DNA of 45,652 nucleotides from Phoronis australis (lineage: Eukaryota > Animalia > Phoronida), in assembly GCA_002633005.1 (NCBI GenBank), contig NMRA01000206.1, positions 1 to 45,652 of the forward strand, given 5' to 3'. Position numbers and translations under genes: made by a program. Below the pieces are notes generated by a model. That model ran no database searches. It was not told where the DNA came from and saw nothing but the letters and a program-made list of their open reading frames with translations. Positions 13,945 through 24,569 of this stretch are shown piece by piece. How positions within the stretch are numbered: the first letter of the stretch is position 1; the number at the start of each line of letters is the position of its first letter.

Positions 13945-14067
13945 GATTTGGAAGTTCATTTCGCATCGGCGCTGCCTTGTACAATAAACGCCGTTTGTTA
14001 TGCCGAGTTTGAGAACATTGTGGACATTGACAGACATAGAGACATCTTGTTTGATTTCACACTATGA
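13945..14067 (+). pseudogene. C-terminus of Polinton/adintovirus major capsid protein (double jelly-roll, hexon-like)
   Basis: Reads DLEVHFASALPCTINAVCYAEFENIVDIDRHRDILFDFTL*, matching the LExxFxxALxxTINxxxYAEFENxxEIDxxRxxxxD capsid terminus. Its stop overlaps the next ATG (ATGA). Confidence 0.8.
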
Positions 14068-14370
14068 AGACTCATCAGATTTCTGCGATTCTAGAAACCG
14101 ATGACATTGTGGCACCGGTCTTTGGCAGTTGTCTTGCCAGTGATGAATTGTACTTTATAGCCTAGGTGTCGTTTCACATCCGAATGCTTACCTTTGCAAC
14201 TACGATCATAGCCACAAACCTGGAACACACTGGGTGGCTATTTGCCTAACCCGGGATGGAAAAGGAGAATATTTTGACTCGAACGGCGTGTCACCGTTTT
14301 CGGACCACTTGCAAGACTTTTCTCGACAGAAAAACGAATGGATGGATGGATAACACAGACCAGATAGCTT
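14064..14370 (+). pseudogene. Adenain-like (adenovirus-type) cysteine protease of Polinton/adintovirus, with stop, frameshifts and 3' truncation
   Basis: MKTHQISAILETDDIVAPVFGSCLASDEL.., then after a frameshift PNAYLCNYDHSHKPGTHWVAICLTRDGKGEYFDSNGVSP (catalytic His and Asp motifs), then FLDRKTNGWMDNTDQI. The catalytic Cys region is replaced by satellite DNA. Confidence 0.85.
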
Positions 14371-14384
14371 CCTAAACGTACTAC

Positions 14385-15130
14385 AGGAGCCTTATTAAAT
14401 TGAACAAGAGTAATGATATGAACTTGATAACGGCCTGCAGGATCTTTGTTAAATTTAGCAAGCGTATAAATTGACAACAGGGGACGACGACTTTGGGACG
14501 GATCCGACAAACTCTGTGCCCCTAGTGTCATTTTTTTCCGTTTTCCTCTGTTTCTCTGAATTCCTTGACCGATTTTTATGACATTTGGTAAAATAGCTTT
14601 CTATTAAGAAAAACACGATTATGTGTTGCCGTTTTTGGATGGATTTGACTTTTTTGCACCATTCAGTGGCCATTTTTAGATACAAATAAACTCCCGTGCA
14701 AGCACACAGTTTGCGGTGCGTTCGTGGGTTCAGTTTAACTCTCTGCGTTGCTCTTGTTATGAATTTTGGTAAATAGCTTTTTAATAATAAAGACACGATG
14801 ACATTTTCCCGTTTTAGGGTGAATTCGCTATATACTCCTCCATCTTGCGTTCATTTTCACTGTTTTCCAGTCTGGTTTTACGTCCGCCTCTCTGTCGTCT
14901 GAGTATGATTTTGAAAATTTGCGTTGATGTTTCTATTGTGAAGAGGCCGGCTGATGAGGATTTTCGAACGACTTGGGCTACCGTGGCGCGTCTTAGTGGT
15001 TGCATGTCCCAACCCATCTGCAGGAAACTTATTTATTTAAAAAAATCCCTAGACGCACACCGTTTGCGGTGGAGTCGTGGGCGCATTTTGACGTTCCGCG
15101 TTGCTCTTGTACAAGAAGTTTTGCCCAGTA
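14385..15130 (-). repeat. Decayed HINE-type satellite fragment with ~177-bp periodicity
   Basis: 14435-14505 matches 27964-28045 and 14516-14590 matches 28511-28600. Motif gcacac.gtttgcggt recurs at 14702 and 15055, and tttggtaaa(a)tagc at ~14584 and ~14765. Confidence 0.65.
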
Positions 15131-15133
15131 GAT

Positions 15134-17511
15134 TTAGCGTAATTAAAGTGGCAACTTATGAAACAAAAAACCCCAAGGGCAATCGAAATAAGAACTAAGT
15201 CATATTTTACCCGACTGGGTGTAAGTTGATCAGAATCTTACATTTTTGAAGAGTGTTGCGTTTTAAAAGATGTGCACGGGTGGCGCATTGCTGTAAGATA
15301 CTTGCGCCGTTTTATTTTTTTGGTGCCCTTATGGCATTGCAATGGAATCGTGACAGGACTGTGAACATAAAATTATCATTATATTGACTTATATTGACCA
15401 AGAAATCACGAAGCCGATCGAGATTGAACGAAACCATCGCCTAGGATTTAAAGGAAATCGTCAGTCAACGTGAAACCTACAGTCGATCCTCGTCAAATTA
15501 CAGAAATTTAAATACAAACACCCTGTTTTACGAAACAGAAAAAAGTTTTAAGACACCAGCTATGGTGTTCTTGAGGGTTTCATTGAATCTGTTCGAGAAA
15601 AAATACAACATCTCGAACCACTCTTGCTGAAGTCTGGATGAGAGGGAAAACGTGCTTTCTGGTGCTACGATAAGCTACGCGTAGAAAAAAAGTTATATAT
15701 ATATGAACATACAAAAGACGACATCGTTCTCATGTCGTTTGATAACGATAGGTTTTCGGGCGACGTCTTAAAATATGAACATGGAACCCACACGGTCTGG
15801 AATCTAAATTGAAACTTGATTAGACCCGATTCATATAGGCCGGATCTGATGAACGAGCTTGTGGGAACCACAGAAACTGACCAAAACAAAACAGCTAGTG
15901 TAAACATGTATTTGGAGGTTTGGTATCATTTTAAAAATTACAGAGTTTAAAAGGCATATTATGGTAGATGCTCAGGTGTTTTCGTCTTTGTGAAAGCAGC
16001 ATTATCTAAGTAAGTCATCAAAACACTTTCTGATTATCCTGACATGATAGGAATTGTTTGTGATGGTCGAGCTTTCAAAATAGACAAAGACTGGGCGTAC
16101 TTTATATGTTGATTTATGTTGCTCCAGAATCAGCTACTGTTTCTAGCAATGTACATGTGGGCGGTTGTTTGAAAGAAGAAGAAGATTAAAAATATCACTC
16201 AATTACACGCTACTTTAATGCGCGAGGTGCATATAATACTGACTGGAGACTTTAACGCTAGGACTGGCTCATCCACAGATTGTATATTGGATGATTTTTT
16301 GATATTCCTAGGGACTCACTTGATGGTAATGTTAACAACTTTGGGAGACGATTATTGTAGTTATATGAAACGTTTGGTATTCACACAGTGAATGCATGAT
16401 ATGAGAATGACAGACACTAAAACTAGCGATCACTATGTTTTAAAACTTATTGACGGATTATTGTAATCATAACTCGTATTCATATTTTAAGTCTAAACGC
16501 CCATTCTAACTTATAGTGTTGCGCCACAGAGAAAATAAAGTTATATTGAAATTGGAATATTGATAGCTGACGCGTGTTAATTCTTGCTTCCGAAAACGAA
16601 AGAAAACAAACAAATATTGGAATAATCGGAGTTGTTTATAATAAATTAACCCACCACAGATATAGTGTTGGTACAAAACCCTTAGACAACTTCAGAGGAT
16701 AGTTCATCTACAAAATAAATAAGATAAATAAAAAATACGGGTATTTAAAAAAGGGTTTTGAATATTCTGTATAGACGGTTGGTCAAAAACAACGAAAGGC
16801 TGGATATTACGTACGCAAAACGAAATTTAAAAGTCTAGCTAAGAGAAGGGTTAAGCAAATGATAACTCACCGCTAACTCGCACGAGAATGGAGCATGGAT
16901 TTTATTGTGAATTTGTTTGATAAAGAGACTAAAACTAACGATCGCTGTGTTTCAGAATTTGTCGACGGATTAATGTAATCGCAACTCCTACACATATATT
17001 TATATTCAAAGTCTAAACGCGCAGTGTAAATTAGCGTACGGAGATGAGTAGATTGAAATTGATCAATTGGTAGTTGATATCTGTTGAAATGTTTGCTTAA
17101 GGAAAAAGAGAATAAAAATTTTAAAATAATTGGAATTGTTTACGATAAACTTACCACAGAGGTAGTGTGGGTGACAAACCTTTATACAACTTCAGACGAT
17201 GGTTAGTATACAAAAAGACAAAAGTAATAAAAAAACAAAAAGTTATTGAATATTGAATATAGACGATCTACAAAATGAAATGAAATAAAATATAGAGTAT
17301 AGACGGTTGGTCAAAAACAACGAAAGGCTGGATACTACGTACGCGAAACGAAACGTAAAAGTCTGCTAAGAAAAGGTTAAGCAAATGATAACCCACCGCT
17401 AACTCGCAAACTCTTATCTCGGAATAGTATTTATAGTCGGCCATCTCTATTCCGTTTACTATATCGCCGGCGTTCGAGGTCTTTATGTACACGTTACGTA
17501 GAACCTAATAA
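15134..17511 (+). repeat. Right arm of the foldback, with an extra ~530-bp diverged tandem unit
   Basis: Reverse complement of 11990-13773. About 16400-16880 is repeated in diverged form at about 16920-17408. Confidence 0.95.
15329..16440 (+). pseudogene. Decayed LINE 5' half: ORF1 (L1/Tnp22-like RRM-CTD) and APE endonuclease
   Basis: Hand translation gives IEIERNHRLG..ILVKLQKFK..GKRAFWCYDKLRVE (ORF1), and VGTTET, HIILTGDFNARTG (16230-16269), DGNVNNFGRRLL and SDH (endonuclease), with several stops. Confidence 0.8.
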
Positions 17512-17576
17512 CCGTTGTTTTTTTACAATAATTCGCCATGTAATTATTAGGGAAACATTATTTCTTTGGTTAGCTG

Positions 17577-17651
17577 TCATTCGTCAGAGAAATCACTGTC
17601 TACAAAATGCAGGCCACATACACGGATGTGTATCACAGCCTCACACTTGCT
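17577..17651 (-). pseudogene. C-terminal half of a THAP zinc-finger domain
   Basis: SKCEAVIHIRVCGLHFVDSDFSDE*, containing the CxxHF motif. Confidence 0.6.
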
Positions 17652-20495
17652 AAAGTAAGAAAGTAAGTAATTTTTATTATAGTGACTTGTAATTCAAATG
17701 AATTTAAACAATGAATACGTTACAAACACTAGGAACACCTAGCCCTCCACAGGGCTTATAAGTCACTTTAGATACATGATACAAAAAAGAAAAGACAAGT
17801 GTACGCGCATTGCAAGAGGACCAGAAAGAGAAGGCCGAGATTAAAGTGATCATGAATAAATATAATTTTTCATTTCTTCAAAAATATTTTTGATGAAAAC
17901 TGAAGTTTTTCTAATAACATCTGTTTGCATGATTGTAATGAATTTACTTTCACAGCTTTCTGTACGGAATCGTGGATATTTAATCTCAACTTGACAATAA
18001 AAGGTTTTCTGGCATCTAAGAAAAACGGACACTCAAACAGAAAATGTAGTTTAATTTCGACCTGACCAGCAAATTCTGTCATCAGAATCTAGAGGACGAA
18101 AACGCCCAGCCTCAACCAATAGTTGTAGGGTTCCGGTTCTAATTTGAGCAAGAATTGACCTACTAATGAAGCCGAGTTAAGTCTAAATGCACGTAAGGCT
18201 CAACTTCAAAGACATTCTTAATCAAAACATAGGTTCTTAACTTTGGTTTCGAACGACTTTCAAACAACCACCTATTACATGCTAAATCATGCAAAATATT
18301 CTTACAGTGAGACAGATTAACTGAACGTAAGTCATGATAACAATCCGAAATCCCTAATTCTTCAAAAATGCTCAAGACTTCAGACGACCAATTATTAGTA
18401 CACATGTACAAGAAGAGTAGTCCCACCAAAATATTCGGTATGTTAGTCTATCATCCTCGAAATTAATAATGCGATTCCACATTCTCAAAAGCTCAATTTT
18501 CCGCCTAACGCTGAGGAATTTCCACCTCGTGTCACCCATAACAGCATGATTAGGAGCGAATTTGTGAACGCCCCAGAAAAATCGCGCGGCTCTATTTGAA
18601 TGACATCATAATCCTGAAGACTAGAGCCGCCCAGACACCTACGTAATAATCTCGAACAGGCACAACACAAGCATTGGATAATGTAGTGAAGGTTCTGTAC
18701 CTCATATTTTTATTCTTTTTAAGTTTATTAATTAAAGCGCCCAAAGCTCTTCCGGCAGATTCGGATACAGTTTTAGCAGTTTCAGAAAACTTCAGATGCT
18801 CATTTATAATTATTCCTAAATATTTATATTTGGGTACATATTCTAGGTCTAGTCGACCCAACCGAAATGGATGTAAACTACGCGAGACATGCTTGGATCT
18901 GAAGTGAATAACATTAGTTTTTTCCTGATTGACAATTAGCTTTCATTTAGAGCACCATTTATCAACTATATTCAATAAACCCTGTAAATTTTCTTCGCTC
19001 TCGGCAAGTACCACTATATCATCAGCATAAAACAAAGATGAAAAATTATCAGCACCGATAGGAATTCCTAAATTTGACTGTTTTAATTCCTTGCCGAAAC
19101 ATTTATAAATAGGGCAAAAAGAGTAGGTGATAAAACATATTCCTGTTTGACCCCACAAGATGTATAAAACCAATCCGTAAAGGTATAATTAATCTTAACA
19201 CAGGATTGAGTTTTGGCATAAATATTTTTAACAGATTCATAAAATTTTCCAACTATCATAAGATCCAACATTTTAAAAAGTAAACTATTTCTATTTACCC
19301 AGTCAAAAGCTTTTTGCATATCAATAAAAGTAGCAAATGTGGATTGTTTGTTATTCAAGCGATTACGTATAATCGGGGTCAAAACAAAGTGATCAACACA
19401 TGCTCTGTTACGACGAAAGCCATTTTGCTCATCAACAAGGAGCCCGTTTTCTTCCGCGTATTTAACCAGTCTATTGTTCAATACACTACTATACAACTTG
19501 TACACGTTAGACAACAAGCTGATACCTCTATAACTCGGCTGGACGCGCAGGTCCTTCTCTGACCCCTTTGGAATAGGCATAATAACGGATTTAGCCCATA
19601 AACTAGGAACCATAGCGTAACGAAAAACCATTTGGAACAAATAAGTCAAAAGGTCAATAGTGTTTATCATTTTTACATGCTTCATAACAAATATTATCAA
19701 TCCCTACTGCTTTATTGTATTTAGATTTCATCACTACCCGCTTTACTTCATCGCGAGTAATATTTTTATTCAAAATACTATTTTCATCAAAGTCAAGATT
19801 ATTAAACGACTCAACATGAGCTTTTTTGAGAAGCATGTCAACATAAAACCCCCGGTCAAACTCATTTAAAGTTGGACCATCGTACAACAATTCATACTCG
19901 TTCTTCCATTTATTAAAAACATATTGGTTATTGGTATTAGGGTTTCCAGTGTCATCGTATACCTCCATGGGTATTGTCTTTCTAAAAGAGGGGCCCAAGT
20001 TCTTAATGTACTTCCAAAATTCTGTTGGGTTACTGAAATTTAAAGATTCTATGAGGTCAGCTTGTTCTTTCAAAAATTTTCTTTTTATCCTCCTGTGCAC
20101 TTTATCAAATAGAACCTGGGCATTTTGAAATTGGCGTCTCAGTAAAGAGCGGTCTTCTCGAGAGCCGCTGCATTTCAATTTGTTTCCTTTAAACTTACAT
20201 CTTTCCAAAGTTCGGACACTTCAGCACACCTATAGGGTTTGCTTGATTTAAATCTCTTTTTCACTTTCGTTGAGTTAGAACAAAATAATTTTCTGTCCAT
20301 CTCATCAAATATACACTTACAAAACCTACTGTACATACAGTTAATGTTTTCTTGGGTTCCTCTGCTCTATAATGTACGGAAAAATCAAGGGCAAGTAAAT
20401 AATGATCTGGCATATGGCAAACGCCAGCAATTTCACTCAGAAGATCAAATTTGTCTACCAAAGGTGCATAAATTTATTAACAACGTACTTTTCAT
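17652..20495 (-). mobile_element. 5'-truncated LINE (L2/Crack/Daphne group) with frameshifted ORF2 (end of endonuclease plus RT) and 3' tail
   Basis: MPDH, KAVGIDNI, SYRGISLLS, EQNGFRRNRAC, FIDMQKAFD, GVKQ, FYADDIV, YKYLG, KPKLRTY and HFLFECP motifs. The 3' end has AATAAA followed by an ACTT-like tail. Confidence 0.93.
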
Positions 20496-20615
20496 TCATC
20501 ACTACTGCAAGCAACTTCTTAAGCATTTCGGGCTCTCGAGGAGGTCAAAAAACGAATTACCTCTGTTCCTGGCAGGTTTATAGTTCGGACAAGCGGGAAC
20601 GATGCACTGCAACAT
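20496..20615 (-). pseudogene. N-terminal half of a THAP zinc-finger domain (DNA-transposon relic)
   Basis: MLQCIVPACPNYKPARNRGNSFF, then after a frameshift REPEMLKKLLAVV, giving CxxxxC and the FxFP..KW region. Confidence 0.6.
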
Positions 20616-22112
20616 AGCGGCATTCACTCTGCAGATGAAATACTGACGTCGCTGCGTCGTTTCTCACCTTCCTCACAGGTTAACGCAACACCTCTCGGCA
20701 AGGTTAGGTCGACCGTATGAGAGGCAATTTGGATATAGACCGATTAAAACGGTAAAAAGACTACTTAAATCGGGTTTGTGTTCTCATTTAAACCTATTAC
20801 AGTATGTAGCAGGCTGTTTTGGTCTAAACCTGCACCCATGTGGTTCTTTAATTTGGCAACAATAACTCTGAAAAGCGACTAATATCGTTTGGTCCAAATT
20901 TAGTTAACCCGATTTTGGTCCGTTAAGGCGGAAAATAACGGAAGGGGCTACAGCTCTTTAGAGGTACCCAAAACCGAAAAACGCAGAATACATCCGCACA
21001 CTTTCACGTTCCCCATGTGACCCAAAATCTGCGGTATACCGCACGCAGCGTCAGGGCTTTCAACATCAGTTCTGTAAATTGACAAGGGGATCGCTGCATC
21101 ATCGACAGTTTTCTCGCAGTGCGGATTTGACCGCTGCCATATTTCACAAGCTTATTGGCACACCATTTTTTTATTTCAAAAGCCTTTTCAAGGTGTAAAA
21201 TCACTTCAAGAAAAGGATCGTGAAATCTAGGCTTTACTATGGGTAGAGCTGTCTTACAACATCTCTTGTGGCGCTTTTTATTGCCCATCTTACCAGAGAT
21301 TACCTATTATACGTTATTTACCTGTATTCGTTTTATTGTAATTGTACAAGTCATAATAAATGACCTTATATCGCCTACATCAGTCTCCTTTTCATCTCTG
21401 ATCACGAGATTGCGACGCACGTATCATTTATCTATTATCCGGGACATATGTCGATCATAAATACTGCGTTGACACAAATTAAACCTTTTAATTAGTGGTG
21501 CTTCTAGATCAGCCTTGCCTGGCGGAGATCGGAGAGTTGTAACAAAATCGCAGGAACACAACGCCAAAATTTGAAAATTTTATGGCCCTGGGCCTGTTTC
21601 TCGGTGTCATAAGCTAGAGACATGGTCTTATGCTGTTACGGTGATATAAACGAAAATAACCAATTATTAGTTGTCCTGATCGATAGTCACATCTATTTAA
21701 TTATTTACAAACACATTGAAAGGTTTAAACAAAACGGGCTATATTTACTAAGAAAACGGTCGAACATCAGCATCAACCCTTGAAACTTGCGGCATCTTCA
21801 GTTTTCATCACCAAGCCGTCCTCTTGCGTTTCACAGACTCCACCAAATTTACAATCAAGTTCTATGCGCTAGACGCTACTGTCCACGTCGTTGCATTGGT
21901 TCGCAATTGAACAAAAATAGCTATCACTACTTTGAAAGTATATAATCAAAACAGTGTTCAGATAGTTCATCACACTCGTCTGCTCACGATCGCCGACTAA
22001 CTAAAACTCTCGGAAAACTCAGATATGCCGTCTAAGGGGCATAACTAACATATGCATTACGCCCTTTATTGGACAATGTCACGTTTTCCCCCGTGTGTGG
22101 GTGGGAGCAGGT

Positions 22113-22839
22113 TGTTACAGACCGGTGCTAATAGCTTTCGGTGCGAAGATTGACTGAAGACTGGTTCGAGTTAATCCTTTATTAATCCCGACCGTACGTT
22201 CACAAGCCTACTCAAACAAAACGTCCGACTTAATGTCTTTTATGCTCCAGCCAGTGCTGCGAAGCCTTGACTTGTATTGAACTTCTGAGATACTTCCAGC
22301 AACTGTTACACTTGATTCAATAACCTGCTGTCTCTATAGCTGGCTCTCTATTGACTATCGCTGTAACTGCTGATTCTCTTCACTGCAACTCAACTGTAGT
22401 TCTCCTGATTAACTTGCTTGAACTTACTTGGTCTCTCGACTTGATCTTCTTGGACTCAAATCACTTAATCTGACTAACACAAATCCGTGCTTGTGTATGT
22501 ATAGCCTAATGCGTTGTTCTAGAACTTTTCATCAATTCAAGCACATACCAGAACTTTCTGGAACCTATCCAATCATTCTACAAACATGTACTAGTTTCTA
22601 GATTATACCAGACTGCATTAATCACTGTCATGCTAGAGTCTTCTAGAAAGTTCCACACTTTACTATAGTAAACAAATTACATCATCACTGTTCTGACCTC
22701 AGTCTTCTAGAAAGTTCCATACTATTCTGTAGTAAACAAATTACATCATCATTGTACTTAACTCAGGGGTCATGCCAATCAAACTGAATAACAAAACAAA
22801 ACAATACAACTAATAATACTGTCAGATTATATTCTGACA
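22113..22839 (-). mobile_element. Solo LTR-like sequence (Gypsy-type)
   Basis: On the - strand it starts TGTCAG and ends GTAACA, has repeated ttctagaa/gaactttc motifs in the U3-like part, and AATAAA ~65 bp from the end. No clean TSD found. Confidence 0.55.
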
Positions 22840-22978
22840 GACAATGGTGTCTTTCTAAACATCCCCTTAGCACCTGCACACACTGTGTTTAAAATCGGTC
22901 TATACAAAAATCAGCGATACCTTGAAATTTGCCATGCTTGTTTTCCTCTTTTAAAACCGCGTTCAATCTTGTTTACAG

Positions 22979-23113
22979 ATCCACCTGAATTTATTCCTAA
23001 ATACATAGACGTGAATGTGACGTGGGATGGCGCCGTTACAATAAGTTGTCTAACCGAGAACTCGACTTCGAAAATTTCACAAGAGTCCTTTTATATCAAC
23101 GGCGATCCCCACT
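22979..23113 (+). CDS. Candidate exon: N-terminal half of an Ig-like domain
   Basis: Acceptor tttacag, donor gtaagt, phase 1/1. Encodes PPEFIPKYIDVNVTWDGAVTISCLTEN. Confidence 0.5.
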
Positions 23114-24163
23114 GTAAGTATGGTTTTACTTTGTCTATGAATTTGCGTTGATAACAAGGTACAACTACATTGTATATGTACACTAGAAGCCCGGCTCCCA
23201 AAGTACTCAAAAAGTTTAGAACCAAAGGCATCAGAAACAGCCAATATCGTCGTCCTGCGCGAATTGTCATACTCTTAATCAAAATCCACAAACACTTGTG
23301 GTGCAAATGAAATCCTACAAATACAGTGAAGTGCACGTTGACGTAACTAGGCTGGTGTCTGCTGTCAATATGCGAACAATTTCCACAACCGTGTTGTGGG
23401 ATACTAATTTCCAGAGACCATGCATTGCGCGCTTATATGCTGGACAATATGTAAGAGAAATAGATCGTCTGCTGTTTTCCCTGATTCTGGCGAACACCAA
23501 GTTGAGATTGAACATCGCCTTGTGACGTTTTTCCATGGGGGATAGGTCGACCAGAATCAAGCTGTGCTCAATTTCAATTTGGAAGAAGTGTGTGTCAACG
23601 CGTGATAGGTTAAGGGTCATGAAGTTTGGATAGTAGAGCCCAAAGTCATTAGTTTTGTCTCCAGATCAAGATTCGTCGAGATTACCATAGAATATCAATA
23701 GTTGGATAAGCATACAGCAATTCAAAATCTACAGTATGAGAGTGCTAGCTGGGTCACTGGGCTCACGTCTGTCCGTTAACTTTTGGAAAAAACCTAAACT
23801 TGCAATATTATACGTTTTGAGCAGGGGCTCATGAGTGAACTTGTATTGAGTGGGCTGACAAAGCGGTTTTTATTTATTTATTTATTAATTGTTTGCCAAT
23901 ACATAAATGTGCGCGGAATCCATCCCTATCTAAGATTTCCTTTTCCCTAATCGGTGTCTGATCATACAACAAAATGTGCCACAGTACTGATTATTTTCAC
24001 CTTTTGCGATCCCTTAGCAAGACTAGCAATTGCAAAACATTAAATCATAAAAACCACAGATGTTTTACAGGTTTAACATGTAGATTAGAAAATAGATTGC
24101 GAGTTTTTCAATAAAATCTTAAAATAACCTTCTAACCGTCTAAAAATGTGCCTGTATTTTCAG

Positions 24164-24448
24164 CTTCCAGATTATTCATAAGATCATCTCGGATGAAAAG
24201 GTCGTTACAACATTGTTTGTTACCGATTTTGACCTAATCTTTCCTCATCAGAGTAAAAAGTTTATTGCTAAACAATTAGCCGATCGATAACACTTCTTCT
24301 CAAGCCACTGTACGTGGGTAAATTTTCTGAGCACAAGAGACGTCGATTTTTTCAGAAAGTAGCACAAAGTTTGAATCAGCAACCTATGAGTACTCCTGTT
24401 TTTCATATGGCGAAATGAACCGTAACAAACTTGACTTAGAAATGATTT
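24164..24448 (+). CDS. Two candidate small exons (24164 or 24171-24252, and 24356-24448) that may complete an Ig-like domain
   Basis: Acceptors ttttcag. Peptides IIHKIISDEKVVTTLFVTDF and SSTKFESATYEYSCFSYGE (YxC motif), with compatible phase between the two. Confidence 0.3.
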
Positions 24449-24569
24449 GTACGCACAAACATTGGCTTCCAGACGGCGTTAACAAAGGTTTGAACTGGGC
24501 AAATTTAAAACTTCAGGAGACGTGGAAATTTGTCTCCAACGACCCTGCTAACTGACAAAAGCAAGCCTT

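Noticed and set aside
13819-14531. Minus-strand ORFs 13819-14037 and 14238-14531 as genes
   Set aside because: They are antisense shadows of the capsid/protease remnant and satellite DNA
15134-20495. Right-arm ORF1/endonuclease plus the downstream RT as one full-length LINE
   Set aside because: They are on opposite strands and are separated by a THAP fragment and the LINE's own 3' tail
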